This document shows positions 9,660-19,267 of a stretch of DNA of 64,000 nt, one piece after another. A model generated the notes under the pieces. That model was not told the DNA's origin. It worked only from the letters and a program-made list of their open reading frames with translations, and ran no database searches. A program made the translations under genes and the position numbers. Positions within the stretch are counted from its first letter, which is position 1. Each line of letters opens with the position of its first letter. Origin of the DNA: an uncultured Chloroflexia bacterium (GTDB lineage Bacteria > Chloroflexota > Limnocylindria > Limnocylindrales > CSP1-4); the NCBI GenBank assembly GCA_963729175.1, contig CAVSMY010000009.1, positions 158,365 through 222,364 on the forward strand, given 5' to 3'.

Positions 9660-10819
9660 GACGCCGCCCCGACGACCTCCGCGGCCGGTCGCGCCCCGGC
9701 GAACCGGACGAGGACGCTCGAGCCGGCGATCGTCAGGGCCACAGCCGCCAGCAGCGCGACGAACAGGACCCGGTCGATCGCGCCCGCCGCCAGGGCCGCG
9801 GACCCGAGCACGAAGCTGAACTCGCCGATCTGACCAAGGCCGATCGCCAGCTGGCCGGGCCTGGCGTCGAGCTGGCCGAGGCGGGCGAGGACGTAGGCGA
9901 CCGCGGCCTTCGCGACCACGACGAGCCCCACGAAGACGAGGAGCCACGGCCACGCCTGCGGCAGCAGGGCAGGGTCGACGAGCGTCCCGATCGCGACGAA
10001 GAACAGGACCGCGAAGACGTCCCGGAACGGCAGCAGCCGGCGACGCGCCTCCGCGGTCTCGGGCCGCTCACTGATCGCGAGACCGGCGATGAAGGCCGCC
10101 AGCGCGAGCGGGACCCCGAAGACCGTCGATCCGACCCCCGCCAGGATCAGGCCCGCGGCGAGCGACACCAGCAGGAACAGGTCGTGCTCGGAGCGGAGGT
10201 GGCGCAGGACCCACGGCACGACCCTGGCGGCGACGAGGGCGACGACGATGAAGGCGACGACCGCGACGGCCGCCCGGATCGGATCGGCGCCGGCGGGCTG
10301 GATCGCCGCCAGCAGGACGATCGCGACGATGACCCCGGTCGAGTCCTGGACCACGCTCCAGCCGAGCAGGGCTCGCTCGGTGGCCGGGTCGGTCGTCCGG
10401 CGCCGGCTCTTCGTGATGTTCACGATGACGACGCTCGACGACAGCGCGACGGCCAGGCCGAGGACCGCCGCGGGCAGGGCTGCGATCCCGAGGGCCACGA
10501 GCAGGAGCGTCGAGACGGCGGTGGTGATGATGACCTGGACGGGCGGCGCCCACACCAGGCCACGCTGATCGCGCCCCAGTCGGGCGAGGTCGATCTCGAT
10601 CCCGACCTCGAACAGCAGCAGGACGACGCCGAGGTCGGCGAGCAGCTGGATCTGGTCTCGATCGGCCACATAGCCCGGCGTGAACGGCGAGACGATCAGG
10701 CCGATCGCCAGATAGCCGACGATCGCCGGGAGCCCGATCCGTCGCGCCCCCCAGCCGGCGAACGCCGCAGCCAGGAGGACCGAGCCGATCTCGAGGATGG
10801 AGGTCGCGGTGTGGTCCAT
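9656..10819 (-). CDS. cation:proton antiporter (CPA2 / Kef-type)
   Basis: 387 aa from ATG 10819, about 11-12 TM helices. Typical CPA2 N-terminus SILEIGSVLLAAAFAGWGARRIGLPAIVGYLAIGLIVSP. Confidence 0.9.
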   Translation of the reverse strand: MDHTATSILEIGSVLLAAAFAGWGARRIGLPAIVGYLAIGLIVSPFTPGYVADRDQIQLLADLGVVLLLFEVGIEIDLARLGRDQRGLVWAPPVQVIITTAVSTLLLVALGIAALPAAVLGLAVALSSSVVIVNITKSRRRTTDPATERALLGWSVVQDSTGVIVAIVLLAAIQPAGADPIRAAVAVVAFIVVALVAARVVPWVLRHLRSEHDLFLLVSLAAGLILAGVGSTVFGVPLALAAFIAGLAISERPETAEARRRLLPFRDVFAVLFFVAIGTLVDPALLPQAWPWLLVFVGLVVVAKAAVAYVLARLGQLDARPGQLAIGLGQIGEFSFVLGSAALAAGAIDRVLFVALLAAVALTIAGSSVLVRFAGARPAAEVVGAAS

Positions 10820-11092
10820 GTCCCGGCAAGGGTATCGGCCGGACCGTGCATCCGCGTCTTGCGGCGGCCCATCCGGTTCCGTATCGTCCCGCGTGTCGGC
10901 CCGGCCCGACGTGCCATCGACGGGCGACGCGGAGGGAGGCGTCGGCCGAGCGGCGCAGTCGGCGCCTGCGGGCGGAAAGGAGGGCCTCGCGGCGAAGGTC
11001 CAGGCGCGTCCGTCCATCGCCGAGGCACGCCCTCGGCGGCTCGGGCCCTGGGAGGATGGCACCGAGCGTCATCGGCTCTGAGGGAGGCATCG

Positions 11093-12757
11093 ATGACCCA
11101 GTCCCGCGACGACGTCATCGCGCAGGATGTGCGCGATCTCCACGGCTTGGGCTATGCGCAGGAGCTGTTCCGCACGATGGGCGGGTTCAGCAACTTCGCG
11201 ATCAGCTTCTCGATCATCTCGATCCTGACCGGCGCGGTCATCCTGTATGACTACGGCCTGGCCTGGGCCGGGACCGCGGCCGTGCTTCTCGGCTGGCCGC
11301 TCGTGACCTGCTTCGTCCTGCTCATCGCGGCCTCGATGGCCGAGATCGCCTCGGCCTACCCGACGGCCGGCGGTCTCTACTACTGGGCATCGCGGATGAA
11401 GAACAAGCACTGGGGCTGGTGGACCGCCTGGCTGAACCTGATCGGCCAGTTCGCGATCGTCGCCGGCATCAACTTCGCGGCGGCCGCGTTCCTCAACGTC
11501 GCGCTCATCACGCCGCTGCTCGCCAACATCGGCATCACGTACGACAACACGACGACCTTCATCCAGTTCGGCACGTACGTCCTGCTCAACGGCACGCTGC
11601 TGACGATGGGCATCCTGATGCTCATCGAGCTGGGCCTGAACATCGCCGGGATCAACCTGGTGGCGCTGCTCAACCAGGTGAGCGTGTGGTGGCACATCGG
11701 GATCGTGGCGGCAGTGGTCGTGCTCTGTTTCGCGATCGGGAAGCCGAATGAGTCGGGCCTCGACTACTTCGCGATCCAGCCGCTTGACCAGGCCGGTAGC
11801 TGGGACAACAACCTCGGGTTCATCCATCTCCAATACGGCCCGGCGATCACGTATCCGCTGATCCTGGCGTTCTTCTTCTCTCTGTTGCAGGCGAACTGGA
11901 CGTACACCGGTTACGACGCCTCCGCCCACGTCGCCGAGGAGACCGTCGGGGCGCGGATGGCGAGCGCATGGGGCGTGTTCCTGTCCGTGGCCGTCTCGGC
12001 GGTCGTGGGGTTCGTGTTCCTGCTCGCCCTGACGACCCACTTGCCGAACCTGTCGACACTGTTCCCGAACCCGCTGCCGGATGACCTCGCTCCGGCCAGC
12101 CAGTACTACTTCGGTGGCGGGTATGCCGTCTACGACATCCTCAACCACGCCCTCGGCACGATCGGCAACGTCCTGTCCGCCGGCATCGCCATCGCCATGG
12201 CGTTCTGCGGGCTGTCGTCGGTGGCGGCCGCCGGACGGATGCTGTTCGCGTTCGCGCGCGACGATGGGGTCCCCGGCTCCCGAGCCCTGAAGAAGGTCAA
12301 CCACCGGTATCGCACCCCGGCGAACGCGCTGACCGCGATCGTCGTCGTGGCCTTCCTGTTCACGGTCGCGGGCGTGGCGATCGGCTCCGGGATCGCGATC
12401 GTCGTCGTGACGTCGATCAGCACGATCTTCCTGTACGCCGCCTACGGCGTCTGCATCTTCCTCGGCGCGACCACCCAGGAGTGGCTCGAGCATCGCGTCT
12501 GGAGCCTCGGGCGGCTGTCCAAGCCCGTCGCCTGGGTCGCGATCTTCTGGGTGATCGTGCTGATGTTCCTGTTCAGCTGGCCGACGTCGGGCAACATCGC
12601 CTGGCCGTTCATGGCCCTCACGTTCCTCTTCCTCGTCATCTACTACTTCGCCTGGGCCCGCACCCGGTTCAAGGGACCGCAGGTCATGGGCGCCGAAGCC
12701 GAGCTGACCGAGATCGAGCGCGAGTTCGATCACGCCGCTCGAGAGGTGACCGCCTAG
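11093..12757 (+). CDS. APC superfamily amino acid/polyamine permease
   Basis: 554 aa from ATG 11093, preceded by GAGGGAGG. 12-plus TM helices. MAEIASAYPTAGGLYYWA permease signature. Confidence 0.9.
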   Translation: MTQSRDDVIAQDVRDLHGLGYAQELFRTMGGFSNFAISFSIISILTGAVILYDYGLAWAGTAAVLLGWPLVTCFVLLIAASMAEIASAYPTAGGLYYWASRMKNKHWGWWTAWLNLIGQFAIVAGINFAAAAFLNVALITPLLANIGITYDNTTTFIQFGTYVLLNGTLLTMGILMLIELGLNIAGINLVALLNQVSVWWHIGIVAAVVVLCFAIGKPNESGLDYFAIQPLDQAGSWDNNLGFIHLQYGPAITYPLILAFFFSLLQANWTYTGYDASAHVAEETVGARMASAWGVFLSVAVSAVVGFVFLLALTTHLPNLSTLFPNPLPDDLAPASQYYFGGGYAVYDILNHALGTIGNVLSAGIAIAMAFCGLSSVAAAGRMLFAFARDDGVPGSRALKKVNHRYRTPANALTAIVVVAFLFTVAGVAIGSGIAIVVVTSISTIFLYAAYGVCIFLGATTQEWLEHRVWSLGRLSKPVAWVAIFWVIVLMFLFSWPTSGNIAWPFMALTFLFLVIYYFAWARTRFKGPQVMGAEAELTEIEREFDHAAREVTA

Positions 12758-12881
12758 CGGCCACCATCGTCCTGTCCAGCGACGGTCCGGAGAGAGGGTC
12801 GGCCCTCCGGTCGGCCCTCCTCCGTCCTCGTCGGTCGCGCCGTCGCGACCCAGCCACCTTCCCCCGACGCGAGGAACCGAC

Positions 12882-14267
12882 ATGAGCGATCACGACCCGA
12901 AGCACCCTCGCCGCGTCGAGCTCGAGGGGCTGATCCGCGACGGCTCGATCGACACCCTGGTCGTCGCGATCACCGACATGCAGGGCCGGCTCATGGGCAA
13001 GCGGGTCCAGGGCCAGGCGTTCCTTGACGGCGTCATCGACCACGGCGCCCACTTCTGCACCTACCTCCTCGGGACAGACATGGAGATGAACACGCCCGAC
13101 GGGTTCGAGCTGATGAACTGGCAGACCGGCTACGGCGACTGGATCGCCGACCCGGTCTGGGACACCCTCCGGATCCTGCCGTGGCTGGAGGGGACGGCTC
13201 TCGTCCTCGGCGACGCCACCGACCACCATGGCGACGAGATCCCGGTGGCGCCGCGGACGATCCTCAAGCGCCAGGTCGCGGCCGCGGCGGAGCTGGGCTT
13301 CGTCGTGAAGACCGGCTCGGAGCTCGAGTACTACGTCCTCAAGACCTCGTGGGAGGACCAGGCCAAGAGCGGCTGGGCGCTGCCCGAGCCGTTCGGCTAC
13401 TACAACGAGGATTACCACCTCCTCCAGGCCACCAAGGCCGAGCCGCTCCATCGACTGCTCCGCAACCAGATGACGGCGGCCCGCATCCCGATCGAGTTCA
13501 GCAAGGGCGAGGCCGCCAACGGCCAGCACGAGGTGAACATCAAGTACGACGCGGTCCTCGAGTCGGCCGATCGGACGGTGATCTTCAAGCACGGCGCGAA
13601 GGAGATCGCCTACCTGAACGGCTGGGGCATCACCTTCATGGCCAAGCCCCACCACCAGTGGACGGGCTCGTCGGGCCATCTGCATATGAGCGTCTGGAAC
13701 GCCGATGGCTCGCGGTCCCTGATGGCGGACGACGCATCGACCGCGCCGTACCAGATGTCGGAGACGATGCGGTTCTTCCTCGGCGGGATGATGAAGCTGT
13801 CCCGCGAGCTGGCCCTCTTCCTCGCCCCGAATGTCAACTCCTACAAGCGGTTCGCGGCGCTGTCCTGGGCGCCCGTCAACGTGGTCTGGGGCCGAGACAA
13901 CCGGACCACCGGCTTCCGCGTGGTCGGGGACGGCCAGGGCCTCCACATCGAAGACCGCTTCCCGGGCGGCGACATGAACGCCTACCTGACCTACGCGGCG
14001 ATGGTCGGGGCCGGGTTGTACGGCATCCGGAACCGCATCGAGCCGCCGGCCGAGTACGTCGGCAACGGCTACGTGGCCACCGGCTGCGACCGGATGCCCA
14101 AGGCCCTGTACGAGGCGATCGGCGAGCTTGAGCGGTCGGAGGCGGCCGTCGAGATCCTCGGCCAGGACGTCGTCGACCACTACCTCAACGCTGCTCGCGT
14201 CGAGCAGGCGTACTACGACATGGCCGTCCATCCCTGGGAGCGCGAGCGCTACCTCGAGCGCGGCTGA
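12882..14267 (+). CDS. glutamine synthetase family protein (gamma-glutamyl-amine synthetase-like)
   Basis: 461 aa. GS catalytic-domain motifs FSKGEAANGQHEVNIKY, GSSGHLHMSVW and NSYKRF. RBS GAGGAA. Confidence 0.9.
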   Translation: MSDHDPKHPRRVELEGLIRDGSIDTLVVAITDMQGRLMGKRVQGQAFLDGVIDHGAHFCTYLLGTDMEMNTPDGFELMNWQTGYGDWIADPVWDTLRILPWLEGTALVLGDATDHHGDEIPVAPRTILKRQVAAAAELGFVVKTGSELEYYVLKTSWEDQAKSGWALPEPFGYYNEDYHLLQATKAEPLHRLLRNQMTAARIPIEFSKGEAANGQHEVNIKYDAVLESADRTVIFKHGAKEIAYLNGWGITFMAKPHHQWTGSSGHLHMSVWNADGSRSLMADDASTAPYQMSETMRFFLGGMMKLSRELALFLAPNVNSYKRFAALSWAPVNVVWGRDNRTTGFRVVGDGQGLHIEDRFPGGDMNAYLTYAAMVGAGLYGIRNRIEPPAEYVGNGYVATGCDRMPKALYEAIGELERSEAAVEILGQDVVDHYLNAARVEQAYYDMAVHPWERERYLERG

Positions 14268-15292
14268 CGCCGTCCGTGCCCTGACCCGGCGGCTGGGTCC
14301 GGCCACGGATCCGGCAGGTCGCTGAGCTCGACGACCGCGTCCCAGAGGCGACGGCGGTCCGCCGCTGACAGCCGGGTCGCCGGGATCCGGTCGAACGGTC
14401 GCGATCGTCGGTCGAGGAGGAGTCGACCCGCAGCGCTCGACGGGTCCTCGAGGGTCGTGAGTCGGACGATCGTGTCGATGCCCTCGTCAGTGGAACGCAG
14501 CAGCGGTCCCATGATCCGATGGAAGCGGGGCAGGCTCGCGGCCAACCCCGGCGTGTCGGCCCAGCCCGGGTGCATCGCGGTGAAGGTGACCCCGGTCGGT
14601 CCAGCGGGGCCTGCGGCGGCCTCGCGACGCGCCCACTCCCGCATCAACGCCACGGACGCCCGCTTCGCCCGCCCGTAGACCTGGGGGCCGGAGTACGGCT
14701 CCCGGGCCGAGCCCAGGTCGTCGAGGTCGAGCGGCGTCAGGTACATCCCGCCCGATGCGACCGCGATGACCCTGGCGCCCGGGGTGGCGCGCAGGAGCGG
14801 CAGCAGCTGGCCCGTGAGGACGAACGGGCCGACGACCATGAGGGCGAAGGTCGCCTCGAGCCCGTCCGCCGTCTCGCGACGGACGTGGTTGATCGCGCCG
14901 GCACTGTCGACGAGCACGTCGAGGCGAACCTCGGTGCGCAGGATCTCCTCCGCGACCGCGCGGACGTCAGCAAGGTTCGAGAGGTCGGCGACGTGGACCG
15001 GGAACCGGTCGTCGCCGCCATGTCGCGCGAGCAGCGAGAGCCGGACCGCCGCGAGCCTGGCGGGATCCCGACCGACGAGGACGACCCGGGCGCCGAGGTC
15101 GGCGAGGGTCTCGGCGGTCGCGCGTCCGAGGCCGGATGTCGGACCGGTCACCAGCGCCGTCCGCCCGATCAACGAGCCGGGGGACGGAGCCTGCCACTCG
15201 AACAGCCGCCCGCGGATGGCCGGCCCGAGCCGACTGAAGCTCGGGATGACGGTGATCTCGAGCAGCGCGTCGATGATCGCTCGCGGGTCCAT
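14249..15292 (-). CDS. SDR family oxidoreductase
   Basis: TALVTGPTSGLGRATAETLA Rossmann motif and YGRAKRA catalytic YxxxK. ATG 15292. Divergent from the SRPBCC-cfa operon. Confidence 0.85.
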   Translation of the reverse strand: MDPRAIIDALLEITVIPSFSRLGPAIRGRLFEWQAPSPGSLIGRTALVTGPTSGLGRATAETLADLGARVVLVGRDPARLAAVRLSLLARHGGDDRFPVHVADLSNLADVRAVAEEILRTEVRLDVLVDSAGAINHVRRETADGLEATFALMVVGPFVLTGQLLPLLRATPGARVIAVASGGMYLTPLDLDDLGSAREPYSGPQVYGRAKRASVALMREWARREAAAGPAGPTGVTFTAMHPGWADTPGLAASLPRFHRIMGPLLRSTDEGIDTIVRLTTLEDPSSAAGRLLLDRRSRPFDRIPATRLSAADRRRLWDAVVELSDLPDPWPDPAAGSGHGRRQPRSR

Positions 15293-15320
15293 GGGGCAGC
15301 GCTCCCGGCTGTGACGCCAG

Positions 15321-15386
15321 CATTCTACAAAGGCTTGACAACTTGGCACATCATGCCACAAAGTCTGTACAGACATTAGACACGCC
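15321..15386. promoter_or_regulatory. divergent promoter / candidate CarH(LitR) operator region
   Basis: Locally AT-rich. TTGACA at 15335-15340. TGGCA-N5-TGCCA at 15344-15358. Perfect 12-bp palindrome GTCTGTACAGAC at 15363-15374. ACA triplets recur every 10-11 bp. Confidence 0.5.
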
Positions 15387-15422
15387 ACCGGCGCTGCCGG
15401 ATCCGCTCCAAGGAGCACACCC

Positions 15423-15881
15423 ATGCCAGTCCTGCGCGAGACCCTGGAGGCCGACGTCCCGGTGGAGGATGCGTTCGCCTTCATCGCCGACTTCGCGAAC
15501 GCCAGTCGATGGGACCCGGGCGTCGTCACGTCCGAGCGGATCGACGACGGTCCGCTCGGCGTCGGTGCCCGCTACCGAATCGGCATCCGGCTGGCCGGCC
15601 GGATCTCGCCGATGGAGTACCGGGTCACCACGTTCGACCCGCCCCATCGGGTCGTTCTCGAGGGCGCCGGCGCGAGTGTCGCGGCGACCGACGAGATCCG
15701 GTTCCACCCGACCGACCGTGGGACTCGCCTCGAGTACATCGCCGACATCCGCCTCCAGGGGATCGCCCGGGTGCTCGGGCCGTTCACCGGCGGGACCTTC
15801 CGACGGATCGCCCGCGACGCCCGGACCGGTCTGGAGCGGACGCTCGCCGAGCGCGCGACGCCCGGGCCGGCCCCACGATGA
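15423..15881 (+). CDS. SRPBCC family protein (polyketide cyclase/dehydrase-like)
   Basis: 152 aa, [21 protein letters not shown]... pattern. Its stop overlaps the next ATG (ATGA). Confidence 0.8.
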   Translation: MPVLRETLEADVPVEDAFAFIADFANASRWDPGVVTSERIDDGPLGVGARYRIGIRLAGRISPMEYRVTTFDPPHRVVLEGAGASVAATDEIRFHPTDRGTRLEYIADIRLQGIARVLGPFTGGTFRRIARDARTGLERTLAERATPGPAPR

Positions 15882-17182
15882 GGGACGTCGCGATCGTCGG
15901 GTCGGGGATCTCGGGCCTCACGGCCGCCTACGCCCTGCGATCAAGCCATCGGGTGACGCTGTTCGAGCAGGAGCACAGGCCGGGCGGCCACGTGAAGACG
16001 ATCCAGGTCCCGACGGCGAGGGGCGACGTCGCAGTCGACATGGGCTTCATCGTCTACAACGAGGTCACCTATCCCCGATTCGTCGGCCTGCTCGACGAGC
16101 TCGGCGTCGCTACCCGGCCCAGCGACATGTCCCTCGGCAGCTCCTGCGCCCGATGCGGCATCGCGTTCAGCTCGCGCGGTTCACGAGGCTGGTTCCCGGA
16201 TCGGACCACCGCGATCCGGCCCGGTCAGGTCCGGATGCTCGTCGACCTGGCCCGCTTCTATCGCGATGCCCGTCGTGTCCTCGACGCCGGCGACGGCGCG
16301 GACGCGTCGCTCGAAGGGTGGCTCGCAGAACGCGGCTACGGTCGCGATTTCCAGGCCCACTTCCTCGTCCCGATCGTGTCGGCGGTGTGGTCGACGGCGG
16401 CCGACCGGATCGGCGAGTTCCCGGTCCGCTACCTGCTCCGCTTCCTCGACAACCACGGCCTGATCGGCTTCCGCCGAAGTCTTCGATGGCGCGTCATCGA
16501 GGGCGGGTCGATGCGCTACGTCGAGGCCATCCTCGATCATCTGGGACCGGACTCGGTACGGGTCGGATCAGCGGTGACCGGCATCCGACGGGTCGCCGAT
16601 GGGGCGGTCGTCCGGACGGCCGACGGCGCGAGCCGGACGTTCGATGCGGTCGTCCTCGCGACCCATGCCGATGACGCCCGGGCCCTCCTCACCGACGCCG
16701 ATGCGGTGGAAGCGCGTGCCCTCGGCGCCTTCGCCTACACGACCAACCAGGTGGTCCTCCATACCGACAGCCGGCTCCTGCCGGCCAGTCCGCGAGCATG
16801 GGGGGCCTGGAACATCGCTACCGGTGACTGTCGTGTCACGGCGGACGAGCTGACGATGACGTATCACATGAACCGCCTCCAGTCGCTCGACGGCCCGACC
16901 CAGTACCTCGTGTCCGTCAACCCCGGTGACCGCGTAGCGCCCGACCAGGTCATCACGGCACTCGAGATGCGCCACCCGCTGTACACCGAGGCGACGCTCG
17001 CCGGGCACCGTGCCGTGGCGCGCATCCAGGGCCATCGAGGCGTCTGGTACGCCGGCGCACACCTCGGCTATGGCTTCCACGAGGACGGCTGCCGGTCGGG
17101 GTTCGAGGCGGCGGCCTCGATCGTCGCGGCCGGGCACCAGGCGCGGACCGTGTCGGAGACGGCGTCGGAGGCGGCGGCGTGA
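15878..17182 (+). CDS. NAD(P)/FAD-dependent oxidoreductase (amine-oxidase-like)
   Basis: [17 protein letters not shown] dinucleotide-binding motif. 434 aa. Coupled to its neighbours on both sides. Confidence 0.9.
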   Translation: MRDVAIVGSGISGLTAAYALRSSHRVTLFEQEHRPGGHVKTIQVPTARGDVAVDMGFIVYNEVTYPRFVGLLDELGVATRPSDMSLGSSCARCGIAFSSRGSRGWFPDRTTAIRPGQVRMLVDLARFYRDARRVLDAGDGADASLEGWLAERGYGRDFQAHFLVPIVSAVWSTAADRIGEFPVRYLLRFLDNHGLIGFRRSLRWRVIEGGSMRYVEAILDHLGPDSVRVGSAVTGIRRVADGAVVRTADGASRTFDAVVLATHADDARALLTDADAVEARALGAFAYTTNQVVLHTDSRLLPASPRAWGAWNIATGDCRVTADELTMTYHMNRLQSLDGPTQYLVSVNPGDRVAPDQVITALEMRHPLYTEATLAGHRAVARIQGHRGVWYAGAHLGYGFHEDGCRSGFEAAASIVAAGHQARTVSETASEAAA

Positions 17183-18000
17183 GATCGCACGTCCTCGAGG
17201 GGACCGTCAGCCATCGACGGACCCGGCCGTTCAGGTACGAGCTCTCCCAGGGCGTGTACATGGTCGCGCTCGACCTGTCCGAGCTCGGCGACCTCGACCG
17301 TCACTTCCGGCTCCTCGGTCGCCGACGCCGCTCGATCCTCCGGTTCGCCGACGCCGACCACCTGCCGGGAGGGTCACGAGATGTCGACGCCGACATCCGC
17401 GAGCATCTCCGGCGCGGGGGCGAGGATCCGGCCGGCTGGTCGATCGTCCTCGTCACGAGCCCGCGGGTCCTCGGCTACGTCTTCAACCCGGCGAGCTTCT
17501 ATCTGTGCCGCGATGCCGAGGGGGTCCTCCGGATCGTCGTCGTCGAGGTCCACAACACCTTCGGCGAACGGCACCTGTACACGCTCCGATCGGAGAACGC
17601 CGCAGGACCGCCCGGCAGTGCGCCATTCCGGGCAGGGATGGCCAAGGCCTTCTACGTCTCACCGTTCATCAGCCTCGACGGCCGCTATCGGGTCACCGTC
17701 CGCGATGACGGCCAGGGTCTCCGCATCGCCATCGACCTCCGCCAGGACGATCGACCGCTCCTGGCCACGAGCCTCATCCTCGAGCGCCGACCGCTGACCG
17801 ACCGGGTGCTCCTGCGGATGCTGCTCCGGTATCCGCTCGCGACCCACCGGACCATCGCCGCCATCCACTGGCACGCCTTCCGTCTGTGGCTGCGGGGGGC
17901 CCGCTTCCACCGCCACGCCGGGTGGGCCGACCGCCTGGTCGCCACACGTCAGGCCCCGATCGAGGCGGCCGCGAGACCCGAAAGGCTGGCCGCCCGATGA
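17179..18000 (+). CDS. DUF1365 family protein
   Basis: [29 protein letters not shown] and [14 protein letters not shown] motifs. GTGA and ATGA overlaps with neighbours. Confidence 0.85.
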   Translation: MRSHVLEGTVSHRRTRPFRYELSQGVYMVALDLSELGDLDRHFRLLGRRRRSILRFADADHLPGGSRDVDADIREHLRRGGEDPAGWSIVLVTSPRVLGYVFNPASFYLCRDAEGVLRIVVVEVHNTFGERHLYTLRSENAAGPPGSAPFRAGMAKAFYVSPFISLDGRYRVTVRDDGQGLRIAIDLRQDDRPLLATSLILERRPLTDRVLLRMLLRYPLATHRTIAAIHWHAFRLWLRGARFHRHAGWADRLVATRQAPIEAAARPERLAAR

Positions 18001-19254
18001 CGACCCGATCGCTCCCTCGGCGCGTCCCCGGCGGGACCGGAACGCTCCTTGACCGGGTCGGTCGGCGGGTCATGTCGGCCGCCCTCGGCCGGATCCGTTC
18101 CGGGTCCCTCGTCGTCGTCCTCCCGGACGGGACCCGATCCCAGTTCGGTCCGGGCGGGACCGGCCCGACGGCCGAGATCCGATATCCACGACGACGCCGC
18201 GATCCGGCGGATCCTCCTCGGCGGCGACATGGGCGCCGGCGAGGCATACATGGACGGCCAGTGGTCGAGCCCGGATCTGCCCGGTCTCCTCCGGTTCGGG
18301 GCCCTCGAACGCGACGGACTGGGCCTTGGCTCGGGTTGGTGGCGCCTCCCGATCCGCCTCGCCCGCGCGGCCGCCCACCGGACGCGCCGCAACACGATGG
18401 CCGGGGCGCGGCGGAACATCGCGGCCCACTACGACCTCGGCAACGACTTCTACCGGCTGTTCCTCGACGAGAGCCTGACGTACTCGTCTGCCGTGTTCAC
18501 CGATCCGGGCTTCTCGCTGGCCGAGGCGCAGCGCGAGAAGTACCGGATCATGGCCGAGCGCGCCGGCGTCGGCCCCGGACAGCACATCCTCGAGATCGGT
18601 ACCGGCTGGGGTGGCTTCGCCCTCTACGCCGCGGGCGAGCTCGACTGCCGGGTGACGACCGTGACCATCTCGCCGGCCCAGCACTCCCTGGCCACGCGAC
18701 GTGTCGCCGAGGCCGGACTCGCCGACCAGGTCGCGGTCGAGCTCCGGGACTACCGCGAGGTCGGCGGGACGTTCGACGCCATCGTCTCGATCGAGATGTT
18801 CGAGGCGGTCGGGGCCGAGTTCCATGCGACCTTCTTCGAGACGTGCGATCGGGTCCTTCGCCCGGGAGGGAGGCTGAGCCTTCAGACGATCGCGTTCCCG
18901 GACGTCGCCTATGAGCCCCAACGGCGTGGCGCGAACTGGATCCAGACGTACATCTTCCCGGGCGGCCTGCTGCCGTCCCTCGCGGCCATCGAGCGGTCGC
19001 TCCACGGGACCCGCCTGCTCGTCCGCGATGTCCAGGACATCGGGCCGCACTACGTCAGGACGCTCGCGACCTGGCGCGCGAGCTACCTCCAGCGCCTTGA
19101 CGACGTCCGGGCGATGGGCTTCGACGAACGCTTCATCCGGATGTGGGAGTACTACCTCGCCCTGAGCGAGGCAGGCTTCGCGGCCGGCCTCTGCCAGGAC
19201 TTCCAGATCGTGCTGGAGAAGGGCCGCGGGGTCGCCGGACCGCCCGCGGCGTAG
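17997..19254 (+). pseudogene. cfa: cyclopropane-fatty-acyl-phospholipid synthase family methyltransferase, frame broken at about 18183
   Basis: MTTRSLP...LVVVLPDGTRSQFGPGGTGPTAEIR is in frame 0. IHDDAAIRRILLGGDMGAGEAYMDGQW...YDLGNDFY...LEIGTGWGG is in frame +1. Confidence 0.85.
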
Positions 19255-19267
19255 CATTCGACAGACC

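Noticed and set aside
10184-11092. 5' extension that makes the permease ORF 857 aa
   Set aside because: The extension is Asp/Arg/Gly-rich and lies antisense to the CPA2 antiporter gene. ATG 11093 has a strong GAGGGAGG RBS, and the permease homology begins there.
15344-15358. Sigma-54-like TGGCAC...TGCC element
   Set aside because: The GG-to-GC spacing is 10 nt, not the 12 nt required for a -24/-12 promoter. The content suggests an actinobacterial-type lineage, which normally lacks RpoN. It is kept only as a dyad within the candidate operator region.
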